Source: Gemmatimonas sp. (GTDB taxonomy: Bacteria; Gemmatimonadota; Gemmatimonadetes; Gemmatimonadales; Gemmatimonadaceae). From it: DNA of 64,000 nt. Where the stretch lies: assembly GCA_965279375.1 (NCBI GenBank), contig OZ257156.1, positions 1,376,001 through 1,440,000 of the forward strand, written 5' to 3'. Position 1 is the first letter of the stretch. Every line of letters begins with the position of its first letter. This document shows, piece by piece, positions 46,229 to 55,901 of this stretch. The notes beneath the pieces were generated by a model. The model was not told the DNA's origin and made no database searches. It saw only the letters and a program-made list of their open reading frames with translations. Position numbers and translations under genes: made by a program.

Positions 46229-47641
46229 ATGACTGCATGGCGTCCGACCGTCGCCGTGATCGGTGCCGGGTTCAGTGGTACCATCGTCGCGACCCATCTG
46301 CTGCGCAGTTCCGCAACGCATCCGGTGCGCGTGCTGTTGATCGATCGTACCGGGCAGGTTGGGCGAGGTGTCGCGTACGGAACGACGTCAGACGCACATT
46401 TGCTCAATGTGCCGGCGGGTCGCATGAGCGCCTTTGTCGGCGACGAAGACCATTTTCTGCGGTTCGCGCAGGCGCGTGATGCGCGAGTCACCGGCGGTTC
46501 GTTCGTGTCGCGCCAGTTGTATGGGAGCTATCTGGCTGCGACGCTCGATGACGCGGTGGCGACGGCGGCCCAGCACGGCAGCAGTCTGGAGCGGATACAC
46601 GCGCAGGTAACGGACATCGAGATGCCGACGGATGCCGCGCGCGCCGCGTTGCTTTTTGCCGACGGTACGCGCACCGAGGTCGACCGCATCGTGCTCGCCG
46701 CCGGCAACTTCTCGCCGTCGGATCCGTGGGTGGCGAAAGGGCGCGAGCTGTACGCGAGTGGGCACTACATTCGCGATCCATGGGCGCCGGGCGCGCTCGA
46801 CGCAGTGCGCGACGACGCACCCGTGCTGCTGCTCGGCACCGGCCTCACCATGCTCGATCTGGCCGTTCAGCTCGAGGAGCGCGGGCGATCGGCGCCGATG
46901 TACGCGCTGTCGCGGCGCGGGCTGGTGCCGCTGCCGCATCGACCGCATGGAGCACCGCCGTCGTACGGCCATCTGCCTCCGGAATTGATCGCGTGCGAAG
47001 CATCGGCGGCATCGTACCTTCGCGCCATTCGCCGGCACGCGCGTGACCTCGCGAGCGCTGGCATCGACTGGCGCGAAGTGGTGGCATCGCTACGTCCAGT
47101 CACTCCGCGACTGTGGGAGACGCTCTCGGCGAAGGAGCGCGAGCGATTTCTCCGGCATGCGCGACCATACTGGGACACACATCGACATCGTGTTGCACCG
47201 GAACTCTACGCGCAGTTCGAGGCGATGCAGGCAAGCGGCGCGCTCACGCTCCGTGCCGGCCGCGTACTGTCGTTCTCGCAGCGCGATGGAGGCGTCGACG
47301 TCGCGGTTCGCTCGCGCGGAAGCCATGACGTGTACTCGCTGCAGGTGGGAATGGTCATCAACTGCACCGGACCGGAAAGCGACGTGCGCCGTGTCGGCGA
47401 TCCGCTGATCGACGCGCTGCTGCAGCGCAGTGTGCTGCGCACAGACGTCCTGGGGCTCGGCCTCGACACGTCGCACGATCGGCGTCTGCTTGATGCGGAC
47501 GGTCGCGCGCACGATCATTTGTGGCTCGTCGGGCCGTTGCTCAAGGGGCGGTTCTGGGAAGCCACGGCGGTGCCGGAACTTCGCGGACACGCCGCGCATG
47601 TGGCGCGTAGCGTCCTCGGTTCATTGCACGCCGAGGCCTAG
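46229..47641 (+). CDS. FAD/NAD(P)-binding protein
   Basis: IGAGFSG, GRGVAY, LLNVPAGRMS, GTGLT and WEATAVPEL motifs. Confidence 0.88.
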   Translation: MTAWRPTVAVIGAGFSGTIVATHLLRSSATHPVRVLLIDRTGQVGRGVAYGTTSDAHLLNVPAGRMSAFVGDEDHFLRFAQARDARVTGGSFVSRQLYGSYLAATLDDAVATAAQHGSSLERIHAQVTDIEMPTDAARAALLFADGTRTEVDRIVLAAGNFSPSDPWVAKGRELYASGHYIRDPWAPGALDAVRDDAPVLLLGTGLTMLDLAVQLEERGRSAPMYALSRRGLVPLPHRPHGAPPSYGHLPPELIACEASAASYLRAIRRHARDLASAGIDWREVVASLRPVTPRLWETLSAKERERFLRHARPYWDTHRHRVAPELYAQFEAMQASGALTLRAGRVLSFSQRDGGVDVAVRSRGSHDVYSLQVGMVINCTGPESDVRRVGDPLIDALLQRSVLRTDVLGLGLDTSHDRRLLDADGRAHDHLWLVGPLLKGRFWEATAVPELRGHAAHVARSVLGSLHAEA

Positions 47642-47707
47642 TCAACCACTCCACGCGAATTCACTCGTCGATTCGCGCACGCCGGACTCAACAGCGCGTA
47701 CCAGCAC

Positions 47708-48058
47708 ATGCAAAAACATCGAATCTTCACGACGGCTTTTGCGAGCGTGTATCCCCACTATGTCCAGAAGGCGGTCAAGAAGGGCCGCACGCAGCAGGAA
47801 GTGGACGAAGTGATTTGCTGGTTGACTGGTTACAGCGCGCAAGCGCTGGCGAAGCACATCGCAGAGCGTACGGACTTCGAGATGTTCTTCGAGAAGGCCC
47901 CCGCGTTGCACCCCAACGCGAGCAAGATCACCGGCGTGATCTGCGGCGTGCGCATCGAGGAGATCGAGGATCCGTTGATGCAGAAGATCCGCTATATGGA
48001 CAAATTGGTGGACGAGTTGGCGAAGGGCCGAAGGATGGAGAAGATTCTACGCTCGTAG
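47708..48058 (+). CDS. DUF2200 family protein
   Basis: [21 protein letters not shown] and [14 protein letters not shown] motifs. Confidence 0.9.
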   Translation: MQKHRIFTTAFASVYPHYVQKAVKKGRTQQEVDEVICWLTGYSAQALAKHIAERTDFEMFFEKAPALHPNASKITGVICGVRIEEIEDPLMQKIRYMDKLVDELAKGRRMEKILRS

Positions 48059-48067
48059 GGGGTTCAC

Positions 48068-48532
48068 ATGCCCGAGTCGCCGTATGTCGTCAGGGAAACG
48101 CAGGTTGCCGCGCGCGCCGTTGCTGGCGTACGCGCGCAGGTGCCGCGAGGGCAGGTGGCGCGGCATTTTGGCGCAGCGCTCGATCAGGTGTACGCAGCAG
48201 CGCGCGCGGGCGTGGTGTCGCTCGATGGACAGAACATCTTCATCTACCGCGCCGCGACCGCCGATATGTTGACCGTGGACTTCTGCGTCGGCATCAAGGC
48301 GCCGTTCGAAGCGACCGGATCTGTTCTGCCGATGGAAACGCCCCACGGAATCGCAGCGATGACGACGCACATGGGTGACTACGGTCGCCTGGGTGAAGCG
48401 AATGCCGCCATCATCGCCTGGTGTCGCGACAGCGGGCGCGAACGCGCGGGACCCTCGTGGGAGATCTACGGTCACTGGCACGACGATCCCGCGAAGCTAC
48501 GCACCGACGTGTATTGGCTGCTGAAGTCATAG
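48068..48532 (+). CDS. GyrI-like small-molecule-binding protein
   Basis: H.GDY..L..A...I..W and WEIY motifs. Confidence 0.8.
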   Translation: MPESPYVVRETQVAARAVAGVRAQVPRGQVARHFGAALDQVYAAARAGVVSLDGQNIFIYRAATADMLTVDFCVGIKAPFEATGSVLPMETPHGIAAMTTHMGDYGRLGEANAAIIAWCRDSGRERAGPSWEIYGHWHDDPAKLRTDVYWLLKS

Positions 48533-48566
48533 GCTTTCACCTCCCGTCTTCAACTTTGGAGCGACG

Positions 48567-48953
48567 ATGAAACGTGTCACCGGTATCGGCGGAATCTTCT
48601 TCAAATCGAAAGATCCCAAGGCCCTCGGCGCGTGGTACAAGGCGCACCTGGGAATCGACGTTGGCGACTGGGGCGGTTTTGCCTTTCAGTGGAAGGGACC
48701 GGACAATCCTGACGGCGTTGGCTCGACGATCTGGAGTCCGTTCAAGGCGGAGACTCAATACTTCGCGCCGAGTACCGCGAGCTTCATGATCAACTACCGC
48801 GTCGATGATCTCCACGCACTGCTGGCAGTGCTGCGCGAGGAAGGCGTGAAGGTCGAGGAGAAGGTTGAGGAGTCCGACTACGGCAAGTTCGGATGGGTGA
48901 TCGATCCCGACGGCAACAAGCTCGAGCTGTGGCAACCACCAGCAGGTCAGTGA
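48567..48953 (+). CDS. VOC/glyoxalase-family protein
   Basis: RVTGIGGIFFK and YGKFGWVIDPDGNKLELWQP motifs. Confidence 0.9.
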   Translation: MKRVTGIGGIFFKSKDPKALGAWYKAHLGIDVGDWGGFAFQWKGPDNPDGVGSTIWSPFKAETQYFAPSTASFMINYRVDDLHALLAVLREEGVKVEEKVEESDYGKFGWVIDPDGNKLELWQPPAGQ

Positions 48954-48960
48954 GGCACTG

Positions 48961-49440
48961 ATGCGCGCCAAGAACACGATCTGCCTGTGGTTCAACCGTG
49001 ACGCGGAAGAAGCAGCGCTGTTCTACGCGGCAACCTTTCCCGACTCAGCGGTCCACGCGGTGCACCGTGCGCCGGGCGATTTTCCGAGTGGCAAGCAGGG
49101 CGACGTACTGACCGTCGAATTCACGGTCATGGGTATCCCCTGTCTCGGGCTCAATGGCGGACCTGCCCTCAAGCACAGCGATGCGTTCTCGTTTCAAGTC
49201 GCGACGGTCGATCAGGAAGAAACGGATCGCTACTGGAACGCGATCGTGGACAACGGCGGAAAGGCCAGTCGCTGCGGATGGTGCAAGGACAAGTGGGGAC
49301 TGTCGTGGCAGATCACGCCGCTCGCGCTGTCGGAGGCGATGACCGGTCCCGACCGTGCCGCGGCCAAGCGCGTGTTTGATGCAATGATGACAATGGACAA
49401 GGTCGACATCGCGGCGATCGAGGCCGCGCGCCGAGGCTGA
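48961..49440 (+). CDS. VOC-family (PhnB / 3-demethylubiquinone methyltransferase-like) protein
   Basis: CLWF...AEEAA.FY, LNGGP and CGWCKDKWGLSWQI motifs. Confidence 0.9.
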   Translation: MRAKNTICLWFNRDAEEAALFYAATFPDSAVHAVHRAPGDFPSGKQGDVLTVEFTVMGIPCLGLNGGPALKHSDAFSFQVATVDQEETDRYWNAIVDNGGKASRCGWCKDKWGLSWQITPLALSEAMTGPDRAAAKRVFDAMMTMDKVDIAAIEAARRG

Positions 49441-49454
49441 CAAACCGGCTCCGC

Positions 49455-49503
49455 TTGACAATCGGAGCTTGAGTTTCAATATTCACCCATATGGATGAAT
49501 ATT
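49455..49503 (+). promoter_or_regulatory. Promoter with ArsR operator overlapping the start codon
   Basis: TTGACA (49455)-N17-AATATT (49478). Near-perfect palindrome AATATTCACCCAT|ATGGATGAATATT centred on the ATG. Confidence 0.75.
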
Positions 49504-49862
49504 CTTCTGCAGCGCACTCGGCCCATCTCGACGCCGTCTTCGGGGCGGTGGCAGACGCGACACGGCGCGCGATCCTCGCGCAGCTTGCCACGGGCGATGC
49601 GCGTGTGACGGACATCGCCGCGGCCTATCCGATTTCGCTCAACTCGGTCTCCAAGCACGTGCGCGTGCTCGAGCGTGCGGGGCTGGTGGAACGCACCATC
49701 TTCGGGCGCGATCACGTGCTCTCGCTGAATGCGCAGGCGATGGCCGAGGCCGACGAGTGGATGACGTACTACCGACAGTTCTGGACCGACCGACTCGAAG
49801 CGCTCGACCGCATGGTGCAACGCAAACGCCGCAACACTCACAAAAAGGGGACCAAGCCATGA
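49491..49862 (+). CDS. ArsR/SmtB-family regulator
   Basis: LDAVFGAVADATRRAIL and VSKHVRVLERAGLV motifs. Confidence 0.9.
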   Translation: MDEYSSAAHSAHLDAVFGAVADATRRAILAQLATGDARVTDIAAAYPISLNSVSKHVRVLERAGLVERTIFGRDHVLSLNAQAMAEADEWMTYYRQFWTDRLEALDRMVQRKRRNTHKKGTKP

Positions 49863-50350
49863 CCCAGACACATGCAGGGCCGCCAGCCACGCAGTTGACA
49901 GTGCGCCGCGAGATTGCGGCAACGGCGGAAGAACTGTTCGACGCGTTTCTCGACGCCGATTCACTGGCGGAGTTCATGCGACCGGGGAGCGATCGCAACT
50001 CGGACGTGACTGTCGATCCCCGCGTGGGCGGCGCGTTCTCGATCGGCATGCATGTCAACGACGGCGTGGTAGCGCACACGGGTGTGTATCGCGAGATCGA
50101 CCGTCCGCGGAAGCTCGTCTTCACGTGGGTGTCCAAGAACACCAATCATGAGGATTCCGAGGTAACCGTGCACTTCCTCGCGGTGCCTGGCTCGAAGACG
50201 CGCACGGAAGTGGTGCTGACGCAGGTGCTCTTGCCTGAGGCGCAGGTGAAAGGACATCTGGGCGGCTGGACGCGCATCGTCGAGATTCTCGACGAGAATG
50301 TCGAACGCGCACGCCTGCATCGAAACGATACAGCGCATCGCGTGATGTGA
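49859..50350 (+). CDS. SRPBCC/AHSA1 domain protein
   Basis: DPRVGGAF, GVYREIDRPRKLVFTW and H.GGW motifs. ATGA overlap with the ArsR gene. Confidence 0.88.
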   Translation: MTQTHAGPPATQLTVRREIAATAEELFDAFLDADSLAEFMRPGSDRNSDVTVDPRVGGAFSIGMHVNDGVVAHTGVYREIDRPRKLVFTWVSKNTNHEDSEVTVHFLAVPGSKTRTEVVLTQVLLPEAQVKGHLGGWTRIVEILDENVERARLHRNDTAHRVM

Positions 50351-50536
50351 TACGTGTGGCCGTACTCATCTAAATGAGAGGTTTGGTTAACCCGTTGTTG
50401 CATAGCGCGTTAGCCACCGCTGCACCTCATCGGACCGAGCCCTGGGGCGGGCATGCGATGTGCACCCCCAGGCCGGCAGCTGGCGCAACGTCTCCCGACG
50501 ATCTGCGCCGCGTTCACACTCGCTCCGGTGCCCTCC

Positions 50537-51325
50537 ATGTCCCGTTCCATTCGTCTTGTCGTCGGTGGCGTCATCGCCGTCGGTTTCCTCAGCGCCTGCA
50601 GTCACGACGCCGCATCGCCCGATAGCCTCACTGCTCCGCGCTTCTCCGGCGGGAGTAACTCGGGTGGAGGCGGCTCGGCCGGTGGCGGTTCGGCCGGCGG
50701 TGGCGGCGGTGGGAAGGCAGCGTGCACGCCCTCGCTCTCCGTGATCGGATCCGCCACCGAGGCGCTCTCCGGCAATGCGTTCTCTGCCACGTACGTCTTC
50801 AACTCGTGTCAGTCCAAGAACCGCGTGAACATGACCGCGACCGATTTGGCCACCGGACAGGTGGTCTGGCAGTCCGTGCCGGATCTCGCCGGCACTATCG
50901 CGATCTGGACGCTCCCCTACAAGCTCACGTCGTATCGCATCGATGCGCGCGCCTATTCGGGCTCCGCGTTCACCTTGGCCGCCACTGCGTCCACCATCAT
51001 CAACACGCTCGATCCGATTCCGTGCACTCCCTTCGTGCACGAGACCGCGACCGTCGGATACTGGGGCATCTATCCGGCCATCTGGGCGGCGACGGACTCG
51101 CAAGATTGCGGAATGGGTGGCACGGTCAGCCTCGAGATCACCAATCTCAGCAACGGAAAGGTTGAGCTGAGCTATCCAAGCATCGGCTTCTCCTCGTTCA
51201 TCGACTTCGAAGGGTCGATCGTTTCCTACGACACGCCCTACCGCCTGCACGCCGAGCTGCACTCCTCGAGCGGCGCGATGCTCGACTCCTCCACGACGAA
51301 CGTGCGCTCGCCGGTGCTCAAGTAG
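50537..51325 (+). CDS. Lipoprotein with Gly-rich linker and two related beta-rich domains
   Basis: FLSAC lipobox, SGGGGSAGGGSAGGGGGG linker, two CTP...C repeats. Confidence 0.7.
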   Translation: MSRSIRLVVGGVIAVGFLSACSHDAASPDSLTAPRFSGGSNSGGGGSAGGGSAGGGGGGKAACTPSLSVIGSATEALSGNAFSATYVFNSCQSKNRVNMTATDLATGQVVWQSVPDLAGTIAIWTLPYKLTSYRIDARAYSGSAFTLAATASTIINTLDPIPCTPFVHETATVGYWGIYPAIWAATDSQDCGMGGTVSLEITNLSNGKVELSYPSIGFSSFIDFEGSIVSYDTPYRLHAELHSSSGAMLDSSTTNVRSPVLK

Positions 51326-51438
51326 CAGTGGCACGGCAGTAAGCCAAACGCACGCCCTCTCCCCTTCGATGGATGACACGCTTCGGCGCAGATGCCACTA
51401 TTCATCTGCGCCTGAAGCGTACCGACACTGGGGGAGCG

Positions 51439-51924
51439 ATGAGCAACACTGCGAACGGCACTGGGGCAATCGACGTCCACGAATCCGGTGCCGGGTTGGC
51501 GATAATGCTGATGATCGTGGGTGCTCTGTCGATCACACCCATCGCGATACGCGGCTACTGGCTTCCTGCGATTGGAGTCGGTGCCATACTCGGCGCGAGT
51601 GCGCTCGTCTTCTCGTCGCTTCGCATTCGCACGGTGGCTGGCCGACTTGTTGTCCGCCTGGGCGGCGTGTGGACGGTGCGCGATGTCCCGCTGACGTCGA
51701 TCAGTTCGGTTCGCAGAGCACCGGTGTCGGCGCTGGCGGGCATCGGCATTCGCCTTTTGCCGACGGGCACGCTCTACAACGTGGGCTTCGGTGACGCGGT
51801 GGAAGTAGTGCTTCGCGACGGATCGCGATTCTTTGTTGGCGTGACGAGGCCCGATTCGTTGTGCGAGCAGCTCGAGCCCCTGCTATCGGCGCCATCGCGT
51901 GACGCGGTTGCCGCGAGGCTGTGA
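51439..51924 (+). CDS. Hypothetical membrane protein (bacterial PH-like C-terminus)
   Basis: GGAG RBS, two TM helices, GIGIR....GTLYNV and P..L motifs. Confidence 0.7.
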   Translation: MSNTANGTGAIDVHESGAGLAIMLMIVGALSITPIAIRGYWLPAIGVGAILGASALVFSSLRIRTVAGRLVVRLGGVWTVRDVPLTSISSVRRAPVSALAGIGIRLLPTGTLYNVGFGDAVEVVLRDGSRFFVGVTRPDSLCEQLEPLLSAPSRDAVAARL

Positions 51925-52095
51925 TGCGCTGAGCGGGTTGGAGTTCAAAAGTCGGTATGGTCCTTGCCTCTCATAATGGCATTCGCGGTCTCTTGGATCG
52001 CTTCACGCCTTTGGGAGCTTGTCGTGCACAATTTCGGTTCCGTCGTCGCCAGGTTCGCGCTGCACACCGACGCGCGGTAGAAGGCGGCACATCGC

Positions 52096-53532
52096 ATGGT
52101 GCACGTAACGCCCGCGCCCGGAGTGACGGCGCTTGAAGCAGCGCCACCCGTGTCCACGCAACCGGTCGCCGAACCACCGGTGAAGACACCACTCGCGGCA
52201 TCCCCGCTCGCAGCCCAGCAGGGCGTCGCGGCGACCACTGGCACCGTTGCCTCGCTTCCCGTTCCGTCAACAGGCGCTACGCTCGCGCTCGTGCGGAAGA
52301 CCGCAAAGAAACGTTCGCGCCGACGATGGATCGTCGCGGCTGGCATTGCCGCTGTGGTCCTCGCGTGGTTTGTCGGACGACCGATCATTCTTGGCCCGGT
52401 CGTCGCGGTCGCGCCGATCATGCGCGCCGACCTCGTGCAGACGCTCGTGGCCAGCGGGCACATCGAAACGCCATATCGCGTCTCCATCGGCAGCCAGATC
52501 ACCGGCGTGGTGTCGCGCATTCCGGTGAGCGAAGGTCAGGCTGTACAGCAAGGCGATACGCTGCTCCTTCTCGATGCCACGGAAGCGCGTGCGCTGGATG
52601 TACAAGCCGGTGGGCAACTGGCACAGGCAGCAGCGCGTCTGCGACAACTGCGTGAAGTCGCACTCCCGACGGCGATGCAATCACTGGCAGAGGCAAAGGC
52701 CACGCTGCTCGGCACGCAACAGGCCTTCGACCGCAACCTGGCCGTTGCCGGATTTGACACGCCCGCATCGCGCGATGCCGCGCAAGCAAATCTCGACGTT
52801 GCACGCGCGCGTGTACGGAGCGCGCAACTGCAAGTGACGACGAACGCCGCGGGTGGAAGTGACTATCAGGTCGCGCAAACGCAGTTCAGTCAGGCCAGCG
52901 CCAATCTCGATGCGGCGCGATCTCGCTCGGGGTATCGTGTGGTCACGGCTCCGCGCGCTGGCGTGTTGTTGTCACGCTCTGTAGAAGTCGGCGATGTGGT
53001 GCAGCCGGGTAAGGAGTTGATGCTGCTGTCGCCGAAGGGTGACGTGGACATTGTCGTACAGATCGATGAGCGCAATCTCGGACTGATTGCGACGGGACAA
53101 TCGGCGCTGGCGTCTGCCGACGCATATGCAAAGCAATCGTTTCCAGCCACGGTCGTCTTCATCAACCCGGCCGTGGACATGCTGCGCGCGTCGGTGGAAG
53201 TGAAGCTGCGCGTCCCGGTACCGCCGCCGTATCTGCGACAAGACATGACGATGTCGGTGGACATCGAGGCCAAACGGCATCCGCAGACGTTGGTGGTTGC
53301 GGCGTCCGACGTTCACGAGGCCAACACAACGCATCCTTGGCTGATGATCGCCAAGGGCAGTCGTGCGCGAAGACAGGAGGTGACGCTCGGCATTGTGAGC
53401 GGCGGGAAGGCGGAGATCCTGAGCGGTGCGGCGGCGGGCGATCTTGTGGTGACAGCCACGGCGAAATCAGTCACCGATGGACATCGCATCAGGGCACGCG
53501 AAAGCCCGGCTCCGACGCCGACTTCACCGTGA
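52096..53532 (+). CDS. Efflux periplasmic adaptor (HlyD/MacA-type membrane fusion protein)
   Basis: GSQITG.V..I.V.EGQ.V..G and APRAG...SVEVGDVVQPG lipoyl motifs, coiled hairpin. Confidence 0.9.
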   Translation: MVHVTPAPGVTALEAAPPVSTQPVAEPPVKTPLAASPLAAQQGVAATTGTVASLPVPSTGATLALVRKTAKKRSRRRWIVAAGIAAVVLAWFVGRPIILGPVVAVAPIMRADLVQTLVASGHIETPYRVSIGSQITGVVSRIPVSEGQAVQQGDTLLLLDATEARALDVQAGGQLAQAAARLRQLREVALPTAMQSLAEAKATLLGTQQAFDRNLAVAGFDTPASRDAAQANLDVARARVRSAQLQVTTNAAGGSDYQVAQTQFSQASANLDAARSRSGYRVVTAPRAGVLLSRSVEVGDVVQPGKELMLLSPKGDVDIVVQIDERNLGLIATGQSALASADAYAKQSFPATVVFINPAVDMLRASVEVKLRVPVPPPYLRQDMTMSVDIEAKRHPQTLVVAASDVHEANTTHPWLMIAKGSRARRQEVTLGIVSGGKAEILSGAAAGDLVVTATAKSVTDGHRIRARESPAPTPTSP

Positions 53533-54758
53533 AGCCTTGGGTCCCATTCGAGTGGATTGCCGCGCTGCGATTCCTGCGCGAAGGACGGGTGCAGACGCTG
53601 TTCATCGTCAGCGGCATCGCGTTGGGTGTTGCGGTCATCGTCTTCATGTCGGCGCTTCTCACGTCGCTGCAGTCGAACTTCATCACGCGCGTGCTGGCGT
53701 CGCAGCCGCACATCCAGATTCTTCCGCCTGACGAGATCTCGCGCCCGCTGCGCTTGTCGGCGGCCGGGGTGATACAGGCGCCGCAAGTGCAGCAGCCCAC
53801 CCAGCGACTGCGTTCGATCGATCAATGGCAGAGCATCGTCGCCGAGCTTAGTACGCATGGCAACATCACCAATGTCACGCCAACCGTGACTGCTGCCGCG
53901 CTTGCGGTGCGTGGCGACGCGACGCGTTCGGTTTCAATGACGGGCATCGAGCCGGACGCGTACTTCAACATTGTGCGCATTCCGGACTACATGGTGCTTG
54001 GGCAGTCCGGCCTGACGAGCGAGCAGATCATCATTGGGTCGGAGCTCGCGCGCGATCTTGGCGTCACGGTAGGCGACAAGTTGAACGTGACGGCCGCGAA
54101 CCTCACCGTCCGCGCGTTGACTGTGAGCGGCATCTTCGATCTGGGCAACAAGGGGGCGAACGAGCGGTCGACGTACGTCGCGCTGCGCACGGCGCAGTCG
54201 CTGGCCAACCTGCCCGGCGGCGCGACGTCGATCGACATCACCGTGGCAGACCTGTACACCGCGGAGACGATCGCGCAGGTGGTCTCCGCCTCAACCGGCA
54301 TGCAGGCGGATAGCTGGATCAAGACCAACGCGCAGCTCTTCAGCGCACTCAGCACGCAGGCGATGTCGTTCACGACCATCGAGGTGTTCGTCGGGCTGTC
54401 CGTCGCATTTGGCGTCGCGAGCGTACTGAGTGTGTCGGTGATTCAGCGATCGAAGGACATCGGCATCCTGCGCGCGATGGGCGCATCGCAACAACAGATG
54501 CTGCGGGTGTTTCTCCTCCAGGGCGGACTACTCGGCATGGTGGGAGCGGTCGTTGGCTCGGTGCTTGGTGGTGGCGGGCTCACGCTCTTTCACACGCTGG
54601 TGCGTGCGTCCGATGGCAAGGAGATCTTTCCGCTGGAGCTACCCCCGTCGATTTTTGTCGCGGCGATCGCACTCGCGGGTGTCACTGGTGTGCTTGCCGC
54701 CGCACTTCCGGCGCTCAACGCAGCACGTCTCGATCCGGTCGTGGCGATCCGTGGCTGA
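53529..54758 (+). CDS. ABC transporter permease (MacB/FtsX/LolE type)
   Basis: [19 protein letters not shown] and [15 protein letters not shown] motifs. GTG start overlaps the upstream stop. Confidence 0.9.
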   Translation: MKPWVPFEWIAALRFLREGRVQTLFIVSGIALGVAVIVFMSALLTSLQSNFITRVLASQPHIQILPPDEISRPLRLSAAGVIQAPQVQQPTQRLRSIDQWQSIVAELSTHGNITNVTPTVTAAALAVRGDATRSVSMTGIEPDAYFNIVRIPDYMVLGQSGLTSEQIIIGSELARDLGVTVGDKLNVTAANLTVRALTVSGIFDLGNKGANERSTYVALRTAQSLANLPGGATSIDITVADLYTAETIAQVVSASTGMQADSWIKTNAQLFSALSTQAMSFTTIEVFVGLSVAFGVASVLSVSVIQRSKDIGILRAMGASQQQMLRVFLLQGGLLGMVGAVVGSVLGGGGLTLFHTLVRASDGKEIFPLELPPSIFVAAIALAGVTGVLAAALPALNAARLDPVVAIRG

Positions 54759-55437
54759 CCGTGAGCAGGTGCTGCGGCTCGCGAAGGTGTGCAAGTCATA
54801 CAACGTCGGCCAGCCGTCCGAAGTGGAGGTGCTGCACAGCGTTGACCTCGTGCTCGAGCGCCAGGAGTTCGTCGCGCTCATAGGTCCGTCAGGCTCGGGG
54901 AAGAGCACGCTGCTGAACATTGTCGGCCTGCTCGACCGTCCAACGTCCGGCACACTGTTCATCAACGGACAGGAAACAGATCGACTGAGCGACGCGGAAC
55001 TCACGGAGCTGCGCAGTCGCAGCATCGGCTTCGTGTTTCAGCAGAGTCTGCTGCTCTCCGCGTTCACCGCCATCGAGAACGTGATGATGCCGATGCTCGT
55101 GGGAAAGCACTTTCCCGACGAGCATATGCACCAGCGAGCGCACGACCTCCTGACCGAGATGGGACTCGGCGACTGGGAGGACAACCTGGCGAACAACATG
55201 TCGGGTGGTCAGCAACAGCGCGTGGCCATCGCGCGGGCGCTCGCCATGAACCCGACCATCATCCTTGCCGACGAGCCGACGGGAAATCTCGACTCTCAAT
55301 CGGCCGACGTGGTTTTCGAGTTGATGCGCAAGGCCAACCGGGAAAACGGCACGACGTTCTTGATCGTCACGCACAACAACGAGCTGGCGGCGCGCTGCGA
55401 TCGAATCGTGGAAGTGGTGGACGGGCGGGTGGCCTAG
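54751..55437 (+). CDS. ABC transporter ATP-binding protein (LolD/MacB type)
   Basis: [26 protein letters not shown] and ADEPTGNLD motifs. Confidence 0.93.
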   Translation: MADREQVLRLAKVCKSYNVGQPSEVEVLHSVDLVLERQEFVALIGPSGSGKSTLLNIVGLLDRPTSGTLFINGQETDRLSDAELTELRSRSIGFVFQQSLLLSAFTAIENVMMPMLVGKHFPDEHMHQRAHDLLTEMGLGDWEDNLANNMSGGQQQRVAIARALAMNPTIILADEPTGNLDSQSADVVFELMRKANRENGTTFLIVTHNNELAARCDRIVEVVDGRVA

Positions 55438-55901
55438 CGCGTGCGCGACTGCGTCGGCGACTGCGTTGCTGGATCGGTCGCCACCGATGGCAGCCACCCG
55501 CTCTCGAGCAGATGCCTGATGGGCAGGAACAACGGTATAGGTAAAGCGTCCCAGCGGCACCACCGCCACTCTGCGCTCTTGTCCGGCTCCATCGCCCGCG
55601 GCTCGCCTTCGGGCGCGATGGCCAGCACGAACAGCGTGACGTAGTGCCGCGATGACTCAACGAACAGGTCGTTGGTCCACGGTCCTCGCGCGATCACCTG
55701 CACCGAAAGCCCGGTTTCCTCCAGCGCCTCGCGAACGGCGCACGCTTCCACTGTTTCCCCGAACTCGAGATGTCCGCCGGGGAACTGCCACACGCCATCA
55801 CCGTGCGTTGCGCTGCGACGGAGGCCAAGCAGCACGCGATTGTCGCGCTGAATGATGACGGCCACGCCGATACGCGGAACTTGCGCGGCAGCCTCGCTCA
55901 A
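55434..55901 (-). CDS. NUDIX hydrolase (NUDT15/MutT-like)
   Basis: [28 protein letters not shown] and MEPDK motifs. Confidence 0.9.
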   Translation of the reverse strand: MSEAAAQVPRIGVAVIIQRDNRVLLGLRRSATHGDGVWQFPGGHLEFGETVEACAVREALEETGLSVQVIARGPWTNDLFVESSRHYVTLFVLAIAPEGEPRAMEPDKSAEWRWCRWDALPIPLFLPIRHLLESGWLPSVATDPATQSPTQSRTR

